Numbered from the stretch's first letter, positions 8,008 through 18,182 are shown. The stretch is 44,635 nt of DNA from Thermoanaerobaculia bacterium (GCA_945787525.1 CALZJC010000018.1:1-44635), one strand, 5' to 3'. The notes: a model not told the origin generated them from the sequence alone. Translations and numbers: made by a program.

Positions 8008-8211
8008 CTACCTACAGGGGCCGCGCGTGTCGCCATGCCGGAGATGGGCATCGGCTGCTGGCGCGGGCACCTCCAAGGTCTTCTTTCCCTTGTGACAGAG
8101 GACCACCTTCTCTTGCCCTCTGCCCGGCGTCGGGTGCACGGTGGCTACACATCCCAGCCCGGCGAGCGCCGCCAGGGTCACTAGCAGCGTGATCAGTTGT
8201 CGTGCTCTCAT
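8008..8211 (-). CDS. Small putative lipoprotein with CHKG...AHLxHGDxxGPC motif
   Basis: Lipobox-like LAGLGC; VVLCHKGKKTLEV...AHLRHGDTRGPC. Confidence 0.75.
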   Translation of the reverse strand: MRARQLITLLVTLAALAGLGCVATVHPTPGRGQEKVVLCHKGKKTLEVPAPAADAHLRHGDTRGPCR

Positions 8212-8920
8212 GCGCCTATCGTATGCCCTCCGCCCGGCCCCTACGCCTCCAAACCTGCTGCGCCCATGAGCTGGGCTTCCCGCCTGACCGCCGGTGGCGC
8301 CGGCTCTGTACCCAAAGACTCCGACCGCTTCATCTGGCCGGTTCGCGGCGGCCAGTGACCGGCTCGTTGTAACGCCCCGCCCCCGACGCTAATCGCGGGA
8401 GCCACGGACGGCCCTGCCTGCCTGACCTGCCCGCCAGGGTGGCGACGCTCCGGCAGCGTGAGGCGTAATCTGAAGGCTGCCTCGATAAAGGCACGGCCAG
8501 GCGAAAGCCTGACTCCGCAAAGCCTCGGGTCCGAGAACACTTCCAGATCGCCGGGCTGCCGAAAGGCTGGCACGAGAGGAGGCCAGCATGTCCGTGCAGC
8601 GTGTGGTTGTAAGTTCGGTGAGGTCGACGCCAACGTGACGACCTACGAGAGGGGGAGGTCCTGCTGCGACATCTCCCCGTGCTCTTGCGCCGCGGTCAAC
8701 GCGTCCAGCGGGTGGGGGACGTCGGACGGCAGCAACATCGTCGTCTTGTCTACGGACTGCTGAGGCCCCCCTCCCCCCAGGCCCCGCCGGGGACGCGAGC
8801 AGTCTGTCGGACGGCGTGGGATATCGGAGGTCAGCGACCGGACGGGGTCACGGCGGCGAGGGCCAGGCTCGCGGCTTCTGGTACCCCCACGGCGACCTCG
8901 AGGCTAGTACGATTCGGCCC

Positions 8921-9319
8921 ATGACCTATTTCACCGCCTTTGCCGCGACGCTCGTCTCCTTCCTCGCCATCGACCTGGTCTGGATCACGAAGGTGGTGCG
9001 ACCGCTCTACGAGAGGGAGGTGCCCGGGCTGCTGCGGGACACGCCACGTCTCGGGGGGGCGTTGCTCTTCTACGTCGCCTACGTGGCCGGAATCGTGCTC
9101 TTCGCCGTGCGGCCGGGCATGGCGCAGCAATCGGTCGGCACCACGCTGGCCTATGGGGCGGCTTTCGGGGCGCTGGCCTACGCGACCTTCACCGTCACCA
9201 ACTACGCGGTGCTGAACCAATGGACGCTGACGCTCGTGGTGACCGACATCGCCTGGGGAGCGGTGCTGACAGGGGTCGCCGGGGCCTGCGGCTTCTACGC
9301 GGCGCGGCTGATCGACTGA
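8921..9319 (+). CDS. DUF2177 family membrane protein
   Basis: IDLVW, FYVAY, FGALAYATFTVTNYAVLNQW, DIAWG; four hydrophobic segments. Confidence 0.85.
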   Translation: MTYFTAFAATLVSFLAIDLVWITKVVRPLYEREVPGLLRDTPRLGGALLFYVAYVAGIVLFAVRPGMAQQSVGTTLAYGAAFGALAYATFTVTNYAVLNQWTLTLVVTDIAWGAVLTGVAGACGFYAARLID

Positions 9320-9339
9320 GCCCCGGGTGGCGGCGCGAC

Positions 9340-9867
9340 ATGGATGTCGTCTCCGACTTCTTGAACTGGGCTTGGGAGCGTCACCACAACCCGCTGAGCT
9401 GGTATATCCGCCCGCTGTTCGTCTTGCCCTTTTGCTATTTCGCGTACAAGAAGAGCGTCTGGGGTGTCGTGCTGACGATCGTCGCGGTGCTCTCCAGCAT
9501 GTTCTGGTTCCCGGCGCCGACGAGTGCGGATTCGCGCGCGACAGAGTTCCTCGCCATGGAGCGCCGGTACGTGACCGGGGACTGGACGTTGGCCAAGAGT
9601 GCCATGACGGCGCTCGTGCCGATCTGGTTTTTCGTTCTGGCGTGGGCGTTCTGGCGGCGGTCCTGGCTGGCCGGCTTCCTCGTCATCAACGTGGGTGTGT
9701 TGCTGAAAGTCGTCTGGAGCTTCTACTTTGCCGGAGCCAGTGCTTGGAGCATCATCCCGGCCGTCGGCATCGGAGCCGTGGTGGTCAACGGACTGATGCT
9801 GTCTGTGTACTGGCGGATTCGCAGACGGGCTGGAACAACGAACGAGCACCTGGATGCGCTGCGCTGA
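9340..9867 (+). CDS. Membrane protein with W(E)RHHNPLSWYIR motif (DUF6653-like)
   Basis: AWERHHNPLSWYIRP and WFPAP motifs; several TM segments. Confidence 0.7.
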   Translation: MDVVSDFLNWAWERHHNPLSWYIRPLFVLPFCYFAYKKSVWGVVLTIVAVLSSMFWFPAPTSADSRATEFLAMERRYVTGDWTLAKSAMTALVPIWFFVLAWAFWRRSWLAGFLVINVGVLLKVVWSFYFAGASAWSIIPAVGIGAVVVNGLMLSVYWRIRRRAGTTNEHLDALR

Positions 9868-10139
9868 GATGTCCGTCGGAGGAGGTTCTCCGAACCGAGA
9901 TCGGAGACCCGGGTCACCAACACCAACTTACCCCAGAGCTTCAGGAACAGACCTGATCTGAAACGTCAGGACCAGTTCTCCCTCGAGCCGTCCAGGTCGA
10001 TGGGGTGGCGGGCTCCCACGCTAGGATGGGGCCAGTGGACCTCCACAGCAGGGCGCCGTTGCTTGCCGGGGACCCGGGCCCGGAACTTCGACGCCGGGTC
10101 GCAGTCCAAGTGGAGGTGGTCAACGATTGGAGGCCTGCC

Positions 10140-12566
10140 ATGAGTCGCTTTCTGAAGACCGCACTGGCTGCGACCGCAGTTTGCTTTCTGGTGGGGGCAG
10201 CGCAGCTCCGGGCGGAGCAGAAACTCGACCTTCCGGAGCTCGAGAAAACAGGAGTCGTCGTACCGTGGCAGGACTTCAAGCTCATTCTCGAGGAGATCCG
10301 TCGGCAGCCGGTCGTGCCGCCCGAGCCTCCGCCGGTGGATTTCGCTTTTTCGCAGTGCGAGGTCATCGCGGTCGCCGACCGGGACGAACAGCATCTCAAG
10401 CTCGGGCTCGGCTTCGAGGTGCAGATCCTCAACCCCGACAGGTGGGTGGAGGTGCCGATCCTGCCGGCCGGGGTGGCGATCTCCTCGGCGACGATGGACG
10501 GCGCTCCGGCCAGGCTCTACGACCGCAACGGCTCCTTGAATGTCGCGCTGAGAGGCGCCGGCCGACATCGTTTTGCGATCGAGATCGTCGCGCCCGTGCA
10601 GGACAGCCGGGGTCACCGCACGGCGCAGCTGCGTTTCCCGGCGGCGCCGTCCGCGACAGTCGATCTGAGCATTCCGCGCGGCAATCTGGAGGTTCAATTC
10701 ACCGGCGCAGTCCTCCAATCGGTGGCTGGCTCCGCCGAATCCACGCAGGTCCGAGCGGCGTTGCAGCAGACCAGGAATACGACCGTCACCTGGTTTCGCA
10801 GGGTCGAGGCCGACAAGAAGAGCTCCAAGGTTTTCGTCGAGCTGGCGACTCTGGTGACCATTGGCGAGGGAGCGCTGCGCGGCGCCTCCACAGCCTCCTT
10901 CGTGATCCACGGCCGAGGGGTGGACACTTTCCGCTTCGACCTTCCCAAGAGCATCACGGTTCTCGATGTCAACGCCCATGGTCTCTCCTCGTGGGAGGTC
11001 GGCACCCCGAACCCCGAGAGTGGGCGAGCCGAGCTGCTGGTGAATCTCAACTTCGAGGCTCAGGGGAACTACTCATTGCAGATGAGTTTCGAGCATCTGC
11101 TCGAAGGCACCTCTGCCGAGTTCGACCTTCCCGATCTCGGGGTGCTCGACGTGTTTCGCGAACGCGGCTTTATCGCCGTGGCAGCGGCCACCAACGTCGA
11201 GATCACCCCCCACGGAGAGATCGAGAACGCCGCGCCGGTAGACCCGGCCGAGCTCCCACAGGGCCTCGTCGCCGCTGCCGGCGACACGGTGTTGTATGCC
11301 TTCAAGTACCTCAAGCACCCGGTCGTCGTGCCGCTCACGGTGACCAGGCACGACGACGTGGCCGTCAAGCGCACCATTATCGAGCTGGCGAGCTTGCACA
11401 CCTTCATCAGCCCCGAGGGCAAACGGATCACCTCCGCTGTCTACCGGATGAAGAACAACCGAAAGCAGTACCTGGAGGTCGCTCTCCCCGACGACGCGGT
11501 GCTGTGGGGCGCCTACCGAGACAGGCTGCCGGTCAAGGCGGCACGCCGCGAAGAGGGCGAGATTCTGGTGCCGCTCAAGAAGACCGCGGTTAGCGCCTCG
11601 GGTGAGCTCGAGACCTTTTTTGTCCAGGTGGTCTACTTCGAGCCGGGGGCCGGTATCTCCACCCTGGGCAACCGCCGGCTGTTCGCGCCGCAACTCGACG
11701 TGGACACCTTGGAGGTCCGGTGGGAGGTCTTCATGCCACGCGACAAGCGGTACTTCTGGTTCTCCGGAAACCTGGAGTGGGAGCCGGGCGTCAACCGCAT
11801 CGCATACCTCGGGAGCGCCGCCTACAATCTCGACAATCGGCGGGACCTGAAGAAGCTGGCTCTCGTCGAGCGACACGGGCGGCGGGTCATCACCGATGGC
11901 GACAACGAGGTAGCCGTCGACGAAGTCCGGGTCTCGGCGACCGGCGAGGATCGTCGACTGTCGCAGGAGGAGATGGCGCGGATCGAGGTCGGCAAGATTA
12001 TGGCGCCGGACTCTCCCGACGAAGCCGAGGCACTGGAGGAGGGGCAGCTCGAGGACGACAAAGCGCGGCCGGCGCCGTCCGGTCGGCAGGCTGGGCAACT
12101 CGTCACCCAGGTTCCGGAGCGCTCAAACGTCGCCTTTGGCACCTATCAGGACGTCCGGGGAGTCGGCGGAAACGCCCGCGGTGTGCTTCCCGTGCGGTTC
12201 GATCTCCCCTCCGAGGGCCTGCGCCTGTCATTTGTCGGCCGGCTGATGACCTCCGAGGAGCGGCCTTTGATCGCGATGCGTTTTGTGCCCGCGGCCTGGC
12301 GCCTGCCGCGGCTCGGCCTCTTCGCGGTTGTGCTCCTGACCTTCATCTCGACGCTGTCAGCCGGCCTGATCGCCAGTCGCGGACTCACCGCGCTGTCGCG
12401 CGGCGCCCGGGCCGGGCTCATCGCAGCCGTCGCGGTCTTGCTCGTGACCCTCTACCTTGCAGGGGGGCATCGGATCGCCTTTGTCATGACGTGTGCAGTG
12501 GCCCTGGCTTGCTGCTATGCCATCTGGCGGCTGGCCGGCCGGCCAGACACCGTCGAGGGATTCTGA
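10140..12566 (+). CDS. Large exported protein with C-terminal TM helices, unknown function (paralog A)
   Basis: GGAGG RBS; signal peptide MSRFLKTALAATAVCFLVGAAQLRA; beta-rich body; ~3 C-terminal hydrophobic helices. Confidence 0.8.
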   Translation: MSRFLKTALAATAVCFLVGAAQLRAEQKLDLPELEKTGVVVPWQDFKLILEEIRRQPVVPPEPPPVDFAFSQCEVIAVADRDEQHLKLGLGFEVQILNPDRWVEVPILPAGVAISSATMDGAPARLYDRNGSLNVALRGAGRHRFAIEIVAPVQDSRGHRTAQLRFPAAPSATVDLSIPRGNLEVQFTGAVLQSVAGSAESTQVRAALQQTRNTTVTWFRRVEADKKSSKVFVELATLVTIGEGALRGASTASFVIHGRGVDTFRFDLPKSITVLDVNAHGLSSWEVGTPNPESGRAELLVNLNFEAQGNYSLQMSFEHLLEGTSAEFDLPDLGVLDVFRERGFIAVAAATNVEITPHGEIENAAPVDPAELPQGLVAAAGDTVLYAFKYLKHPVVVPLTVTRHDDVAVKRTIIELASLHTFISPEGKRITSAVYRMKNNRKQYLEVALPDDAVLWGAYRDRLPVKAARREEGEILVPLKKTAVSASGELETFFVQVVYFEPGAGISTLGNRRLFAPQLDVDTLEVRWEVFMPRDKRYFWFSGNLEWEPGVNRIAYLGSAAYNLDNRRDLKKLALVERHGRRVITDGDNEVAVDEVRVSATGEDRRLSQEEMARIEVGKIMAPDSPDEAEALEEGQLEDDKARPAPSGRQAGQLVTQVPERSNVAFGTYQDVRGVGGNARGVLPVRFDLPSEGLRLSFVGRLMTSEERPLIAMRFVPAAWRLPRLGLFAVVLLTFISTLSAGLIASRGLTALSRGARAGLIAAVAVLLVTLYLAGGHRIAFVMTCAVALACCYAIWRLAGRPDTVEGF

Positions 12567-12567
12567 G

Positions 12568-14706
12568 TTGAGTGTTCTCAGACCCGGCTTCGTCGGCGTT
12601 GCCCTGGTTCTGTGGGCCATCGCCGTTCCCGCTCAGCAGCCGCCGGAGCTGCCGGCGCTCAGCGGCACCGAGCTCACCCTCTCTTGGCAGGACTTCAGGA
12701 GTATCGTGGAGAGGACCTACGTCCCTCCAACCCCGCCGGTAGAGCCTCCCGAGGACGCCTTTCTGCGCGCCGCCGAATACACCGGCCGGCTCGACAGGGG
12801 CGTCTTGACACTCGACGCCACGCTGCAGGTGGAGGCGCTCAAAACGGGCTGGGTGAGGCTTCCCCTCTGGGCCGACGGCGCCGTGGTGAGCTTTGATGGC
12901 GACGGCGCGCTGCTCCATCGCAATGGCGGCAGTGTGGAGGCAGTGGCTCAGGGCCCGCGCACCTTTCGGATGCGAGCCCGGCTCGTCCTGCCGGCCACGG
13001 ACCACCCGGGAGAGAACAGGATCTCTCTGACACTGCCCGACGCGCCGCTCAACCTTCTCGACCTCGAGGCGGGTCCCGGGCTGCGCGATCTGGAGGTGGA
13101 GGCGGGTCTGGCTTATCGACGCCAGCCCGGCCGGGTATGGGTGGCTCTGGTCGGCGGCCGAGCCACCGTCCGCTATACCCTCCCGTTTGCCCGCACCGAG
13201 AGCGAGACGGGCGAAGAGCTGGAGCTCGAGCCCAGAGTGCTCGTCACGGCGTACCAGCTGCTGAGCCTGGGGGAGGGGGTGGTGCAAGGCACCCTGGTTC
13301 ACGACTATGAGGTGCAGGTGGCCAAGGTGGACCACTTCGACGTCACCCTGGAGGACGGCGTCGAGGTCTTCGACGCCTCGGCCCCGGGTCTCGAGAGCTG
13401 GAAGATCTTGCAGCGGGAGGGAGAGCGGGTCCTACGCATCAAGCTGGCCGCGCCGACCGAGGGAGCGGTGCGTGTGGTGGTCAGCTTCGAGGGCAGCTAC
13501 GACGCGGAGGCGGGAGTCGTCGAGGTACCGCGCTACCGTCCCGACGATGTCGAGCGGGAGTCGGGTTTCGTCGCCGTAGCCGCCGACGGCGCGGAGGTAG
13601 ACCTCGAGCTCGACGGCAATCTGCTACCCGCCGACGTCAGCGAGATCCCTCCCGATATCCGTGCCTGGGGCGGCAACCTCGTAACCGGATTCAAGTACTC
13701 CGGTGCCCCCGATCGCTCGCGCGTGAAAGTGACCGAGCACGAAGACGCGCCGGTGCTGATGGCTATCGTCGAACGCCTCAACGCCACTAGCGTGTTGCTC
13801 GCCAACGGCGTCGAGGCCAGCTGGATCGACCTCGTGGTGAAGAACAATCGCAAGCAGTTCCTCAAGCTTCGAGTGCCCGAGGGAGAAGTGGAGATCTGGT
13901 CTCTGCTGGTGGACGGACAGCCCACCCGACCGAAGCAAACGGGTAACGATGTCCTGGTTCCGCTGCCAACCACTGCCACCGAGGTCACCACGGGGATCTC
14001 GTTGGTGCTGCTCCGCCGGGGCCGGAGAATCGGCAGTCTTTCGGGCGTGGCCCCCTATCTGCCGAGCTTCGACATCCCCGTTTCCGAGGCGCTCTGGTCT
14101 CTCTACCTGCCGCCGGACAAGCTCTACTCGGTCTCCGACGAGGCCTTTTCCGTTGTCGCGAATACAGCCGCTGTGCGGCGAGGGCGCCCTGTTGGCGGCC
14201 GGTTGGCGCCCAGGGGGCCTGTTTCCTACGAGACCGAGGGCGCCGTGTCCAAGGACACCTACGAGGCTCAGGACAAACAGGAGGCCAAGATCACTCAGCA
14301 GCTCAGGGCGCGTCCGGGCGCCTCCCGCAAGGGCGCCCTGCCAGTGCGCATCGCGCTGCCCGGCGGCATCTCTTCGATGGCGAAGGTCAGCGTCGCCCGG
14401 ATCCTGATGGTGGACGAGACCGAGACGGTACTCCGGATGAGGGCCTTTCCACGCTGGACCCGCTCTCTGACACGCTTCGTGCAGTTGATGTTGATTCTGG
14501 CAGCGGGGCTTCTCGTCGGCCTGCTGGCGGTCGGTCGCCTGCCGCGCCAAAAGCTGCCCGGGGTCGCCGCGTTGTTGGTCGCCGCGCTTGTTCCCTTCGG
14601 CGGTATTGGCGTGATCAGCGCTGTGATTCTCGCGGGCCTCGTGGCTGGGGCCGTCTTCCTCGCCTCATCGATCGCCCGCCGTCGCAGTCTGCAGGCCGGC
14701 GACTAG
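12568..14706 (+). CDS. Large exported protein with C-terminal TM helices, unknown function (paralog B)
   Basis: Probable TTG start 1 nt after the stop of paralog A, with GAGGGA upstream; signal peptide; motifs collinear with paralog A. Confidence 0.8.
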   Translation: MSVLRPGFVGVALVLWAIAVPAQQPPELPALSGTELTLSWQDFRSIVERTYVPPTPPVEPPEDAFLRAAEYTGRLDRGVLTLDATLQVEALKTGWVRLPLWADGAVVSFDGDGALLHRNGGSVEAVAQGPRTFRMRARLVLPATDHPGENRISLTLPDAPLNLLDLEAGPGLRDLEVEAGLAYRRQPGRVWVALVGGRATVRYTLPFARTESETGEELELEPRVLVTAYQLLSLGEGVVQGTLVHDYEVQVAKVDHFDVTLEDGVEVFDASAPGLESWKILQREGERVLRIKLAAPTEGAVRVVVSFEGSYDAEAGVVEVPRYRPDDVERESGFVAVAADGAEVDLELDGNLLPADVSEIPPDIRAWGGNLVTGFKYSGAPDRSRVKVTEHEDAPVLMAIVERLNATSVLLANGVEASWIDLVVKNNRKQFLKLRVPEGEVEIWSLLVDGQPTRPKQTGNDVLVPLPTTATEVTTGISLVLLRRGRRIGSLSGVAPYLPSFDIPVSEALWSLYLPPDKLYSVSDEAFSVVANTAAVRRGRPVGGRLAPRGPVSYETEGAVSKDTYEAQDKQEAKITQQLRARPGASRKGALPVRIALPGGISSMAKVSVARILMVDETETVLRMRAFPRWTRSLTRFVQLMLILAAGLLVGLLAVGRLPRQKLPGVAALLVAALVPFGGIGVISAVILAGLVAGAVFLASSIARRRSLQAGD

Positions 14707-14752
14707 GGCTGTCGGGTACGGCTTTCCGAAGGATCGATCGAGAGGAGCTCGA

Positions 14753-15298
14753 ATGGCGTCACCCTTACCGATACGGCAGGACCCAGCGAGCCGCGCCGTG
14801 GCCGTGGCGTTCGGTCTCGTTGTCGTACTCGGTACCATGTTCGTTCCGCGGCAGAGTGCCGCGATGCAGACCGAGACGGTCGAGGAGACCCTCACGACCA
14901 TGCGAGCGAAAGGCACCTTCGAGGTCAAGCTCAGTCCGCTGGAGACCTACAGCCAGGCCCCGGACGCGAAGATCGGCCGCCTGTCGATCGACAAGACGTT
15001 TGCGGGCGACCTCGCCGGCACCAGCCAAGGCGAGATGCTCTCCGGCGGCTCGCCGGCCGAAGGCTCGGCCGGTTACGTCGCAATCGAGAGGGTGACCGGC
15101 GCCCTTCGAGGCCGGAGCGGCAGTTTCCTGCTGCAACACTCCGGCACGATGACGCCGACGTCGCAGAAGTCGACGATCACCGTCGTCCCCGGCTCGGGCA
15201 CCGATGCTCTCGAGGGCATCGCAGGCACCATGTCGATCGAGATCGAGGACGGCAAACACCTCTATGACTTCGAGTACACACTTCCGAGCAGCCCATGA
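14753..15298 (+). CDS. DUF3224 domain protein
   Basis: AKGTFEVK, IDKTFAGDLAGTSQGEML, GSAGYVAIERVTG, GSFLLQHSG. Start uncertain. Confidence 0.88.
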   Translation: MASPLPIRQDPASRAVAVAFGLVVVLGTMFVPRQSAAMQTETVEETLTTMRAKGTFEVKLSPLETYSQAPDAKIGRLSIDKTFAGDLAGTSQGEMLSGGSPAEGSAGYVAIERVTGALRGRSGSFLLQHSGTMTPTSQKSTITVVPGSGTDALEGIAGTMSIEIEDGKHLYDFEYTLPSSP

Positions 15299-15558
15299 CA
15301 GGACTGGAACTAGAGCGAGTTCGACTGGTACCTCAGGTTGAGCCAGCCTGAATCTACTCGACGATGCCGGTGTAGGACTGCCCGGAGCAGAGCGCGGTCC
15401 TGGCCTTCATGCGTGTGTCCCCTTTCTCTCCCCTATCAGGTAACGCGACAAGCTCGGCCGCTGAAGCTCAGGCGCTCGTAGCAAGCCAACAGGGACTCGA
15501 TTCGGGTTTCGGCCTGCCTGGCAGGGGAAGCGCGTCGGGCTCCGGTAGCATGGTCGAC

Positions 15559-16482
15559 ATGTCAACTTCCCCTAAAGTCGTGAGAGTCGCTGCCGTGCAG
15601 CACTCCTCGGTCTTCTTGAGTCGCGGGGCCTCGGTCGAGAAGGCGCGCAAGCTCATTGCGGAGGCTGGAGCGAACGGCGCCAAGCTCGTGGTGTTGCCCG
15701 AGGTCTTCATTCCTGGCTATCCGGACTGGGTCTGGGTCGTTCCCAACAGCAAGGGAGCAGTCCTGAACCCGCTCTACCTCGAGCTGTTGACCAACGCGGT
15801 CACGATTCCGGATGAGAGCACCGAGCAACTCTGCGAAGCGGCGCGAGCCGCGGGCGTCCACGTCGCGATAGGGATCAACGAGCGAAACCAGGACAGCTCA
15901 GGTTCGAGTCTGTTCAGCACACTTCTGCTGATCTCCGATGAGGGAAAGATCCTCGGTGCACATCGCAAGTTGATGCCAACCGGTGGCGAGCGAACCGTCT
16001 GGGGCCAGGGAGACGGCAGCACCCTGGCCACATTCGCCACTGGATTCGGCAGGGTCGGCGGCCTGATCTGCTGGGAGAACTACATGCCACTGGCGCGGCA
16101 AGCGATGTATCAGCTGGGCACGCAGATTCTCGTGGCGCCCACCTGGGACTCGAGTGAGCCGTGGATTCTCGCGATGCGCCACATCGCGAGAGAGGGCGGC
16201 ACGTTCGTGATCAACTGCTGCCAGGCTCTACGAATGGACGAAGTCCCGGACCGGTATGAGTTCAAGACGCTCTACCCCGAGGGACGGGAGTGGATCAACA
16301 AGGGCAACAGCTGCATCGTGGACCCGTTGGGAAGGTTCCTCGCCGGGCCGCTCGAGGCGGCTCAGGAGATCCTCTACGCAGATCTCGATATGAGCCTGAT
16401 CCCGGCAGCCAAGCGACTGTTCGATGCGGCTGGTCATTACTCTCGTCCGGACGTCCTGCGCTTCGAGTTCGGTCGAACTTGA
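15559..16482 (+). CDS. Nitrilase (carbon-nitrogen hydrolase family)
   Basis: Glu-Lys-Cys triad in LPEVFIPGYP, HRKLMPT and ICWENYMPLAR; GHYSRPDV. Start at 15550 or 15559. Confidence 0.93.
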   Translation: MSTSPKVVRVAAVQHSSVFLSRGASVEKARKLIAEAGANGAKLVVLPEVFIPGYPDWVWVVPNSKGAVLNPLYLELLTNAVTIPDESTEQLCEAARAAGVHVAIGINERNQDSSGSSLFSTLLLISDEGKILGAHRKLMPTGGERTVWGQGDGSTLATFATGFGRVGGLICWENYMPLARQAMYQLGTQILVAPTWDSSEPWILAMRHIAREGGTFVINCCQALRMDEVPDRYEFKTLYPEGREWINKGNSCIVDPLGRFLAGPLEAAQEILYADLDMSLIPAAKRLFDAAGHYSRPDVLRFEFGRT

Positions 16483-16531
16483 CGGGGCCACGAGCCGCGA
16501 CACGGGCCGGCCCGCAGGCCGCAGGGCGACG

Positions 16532-16909
16532 TCATGAAGACGAGGCTGGAGGGTTCACGGCCGCGATCTTCGCGCCAAGCTGGTTCGCAAAGGCCGTCAT
16601 CTGGGGCCAGCTGCTGGACAGCTGAAACCCGGCGGAGAGGTTGCGGCCACGACGCTGGAAGTCGACCTTGAGAACGGGCCGACCGGCGGCCCACCTGCCG
16701 GAATGCCACTTGCCCAGGCGCACACCGGTCATCTCGCGCCAGGGGATCTCGAGCGGCGTCTTGGTGAGAGTCCTGAGGAAGAAGAGACCTCCCTCGTCGA
16801 GCCAGAGCTTGCCGTTGCCGCGGGCGAAGAAGCCGTCCTCGCGAAACCGCCTGAACCAGGCGCCGTCGATCTCGGTGCCGAAGTAGTTGCCTCTCTTGTG
16901 CCCCTCCAT
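16532..16909 (-). CDS. Hypothetical protein (possible PH-like fold)
   Basis: GGAGG RBS before the ATG; GNGKLWLDEGGLFF...LEIPW pattern. Confidence 0.65.
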   Translation of the reverse strand: MEGHKRGNYFGTEIDGAWFRRFREDGFFARGNGKLWLDEGGLFFLRTLTKTPLEIPWREMTGVRLGKWHSGRWAAGRPVLKVDFQRRGRNLSAGFQLSSSWPQMTAFANQLGAKIAAVNPPASSS

Positions 16910-17360
16910 GACGGCCTCCTGGCTCTCTACGCTCTTGCTGCTGGAGATATTCGGTCGGCTCTGCGTGGGCCCCTTGCCCTGCGTTTCACCTATCCCCTCG
17001 GGGAATCTATGCCGTCTTCAATGCCAGGGCGCCCCGCGGGCTGAGGAGGCTGGGTAAGGCATGCTGTGCCTCTCAACGCCTCGCTGAAGGAGACTATCGT
17101 GGACGCCGTGAGCGCTCCTCAATAGGAGGTCCCGGAAGCAGGGACGGCCAGGTTAGCTCATGGATGAGCACACCTGTTTCTCCGCCGCCTGCTATAGTCG
17201 GCGGGATCTGAACAGACGAAGAGGCCCGGCGACGCGGCGGAATAGCCGACATCGGGCGAGCCTGCCGCGACGCCTGGACCGGGCGTAACGGAGCGGCCGC
17301 TGATCGGCACACGGGGCGCGGAGACGAGGCCCGCGAGTCGTTTCCAGGGGGAGGTGCCAA

Positions 17361-18182
17361 ATGAACGGACCACGCAAAGCAACGGTCAATCTGGGTCTTG
17401 TCAGCTTGTTGGGGGTCCTCCTCAACTCGTGCCTGTTTCCCGAGCTCATCGACGTCTTCGTCTCTGAGGAAGGCGACGGTTTCCTCGTGAGCGTCTCCGT
17501 GGGCAGCGACATCTCGCTCTGCAGCAACGAGGGTGGGGGAGACTTCCTGTGTCTTTATGCCGGGGAAGCGGGGGCCTCCATCACCAGCGATGTGACCCTA
17601 ACCGGAGCCGATATCGCCTTTCTGTTGCTGCTCGACCCCATGATCGTTCAGCTACCCCTCGCGGCGACGAGCTTCGCCGGCACCTTTCTTCACAACGACA
17701 CCAGCATGAGCGGCAACCTGGCGATCACCTCGGGCCTCGCCGCTTTCGACGCCGACTTCGACACCACGGTCGTCGCCGAGCCGGGCACGCAATTCGTCAT
17801 TCTGGATCTGCCGGCCGGTGCACCCACGCAAGGTAGTTTCTCGTTCAACTTCAACTACACAATGCCCCCGGGCACGACCTCTCTCCAGATGAAGTCGATG
17901 TTCACCGGCAGGGTCGACGCCGCCGGCCAGACTTACTACCCGCCGCTGCTTCCATGTGAAACCAATTTCGCCAGCGTTCCGGCGCTCAATGTGCCGTTTC
18001 CGTCGGGCGGACAAGTGGTGGTACCCGCGGACATGGCGCAGGGCTGCACCAACGCGGTCTACAACTACGGCGCCGCGGCGCCGGTTCCTGCTGGCGATCG
18101 GTGGTCTCTGCTGGCTCTCGCGCTGCTGCTGGGAACCGCGGCGGCGGCCAGTCTGAGATGGCGCGCGCGACACAACGGGTAG
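17361..18182 (+). CDS. Exported protein with IPTL-CTERM-like C-terminal sorting signal
   Basis: GGAGG RBS; N-terminal hydrophobic stretch ending LNSC; C-terminus VPAGDRWSLLALALLLGTAAAASLRWRAR. Confidence 0.7.
   Translation: MNGPRKATVNLGLVSLLGVLLNSCLFPELIDVFVSEEGDGFLVSVSVGSDISLCSNEGGGDFLCLYAGEAGASITSDVTLTGADIAFLLLLDPMIVQLPLAATSFAGTFLHNDTSMSGNLAITSGLAAFDADFDTTVVAEPGTQFVILDLPAGAPTQGSFSFNFNYTMPPGTTSLQMKSMFTGRVDAAGQTYYPPLLPCETNFASVPALNVPFPSGGQVVVPADMAQGCTNAVYNYGAAAPVPAGDRWSLLALALLLGTAAAASLRWRARHNG

Noticed and set aside
8458-8763. Cys-rich ORF (CGC...CCDISPCSC...DC) as a RiPP precursor or metallothionein
   Set aside because: No convincing start or RBS and no modifying enzymes nearby; at most a gene remnant.
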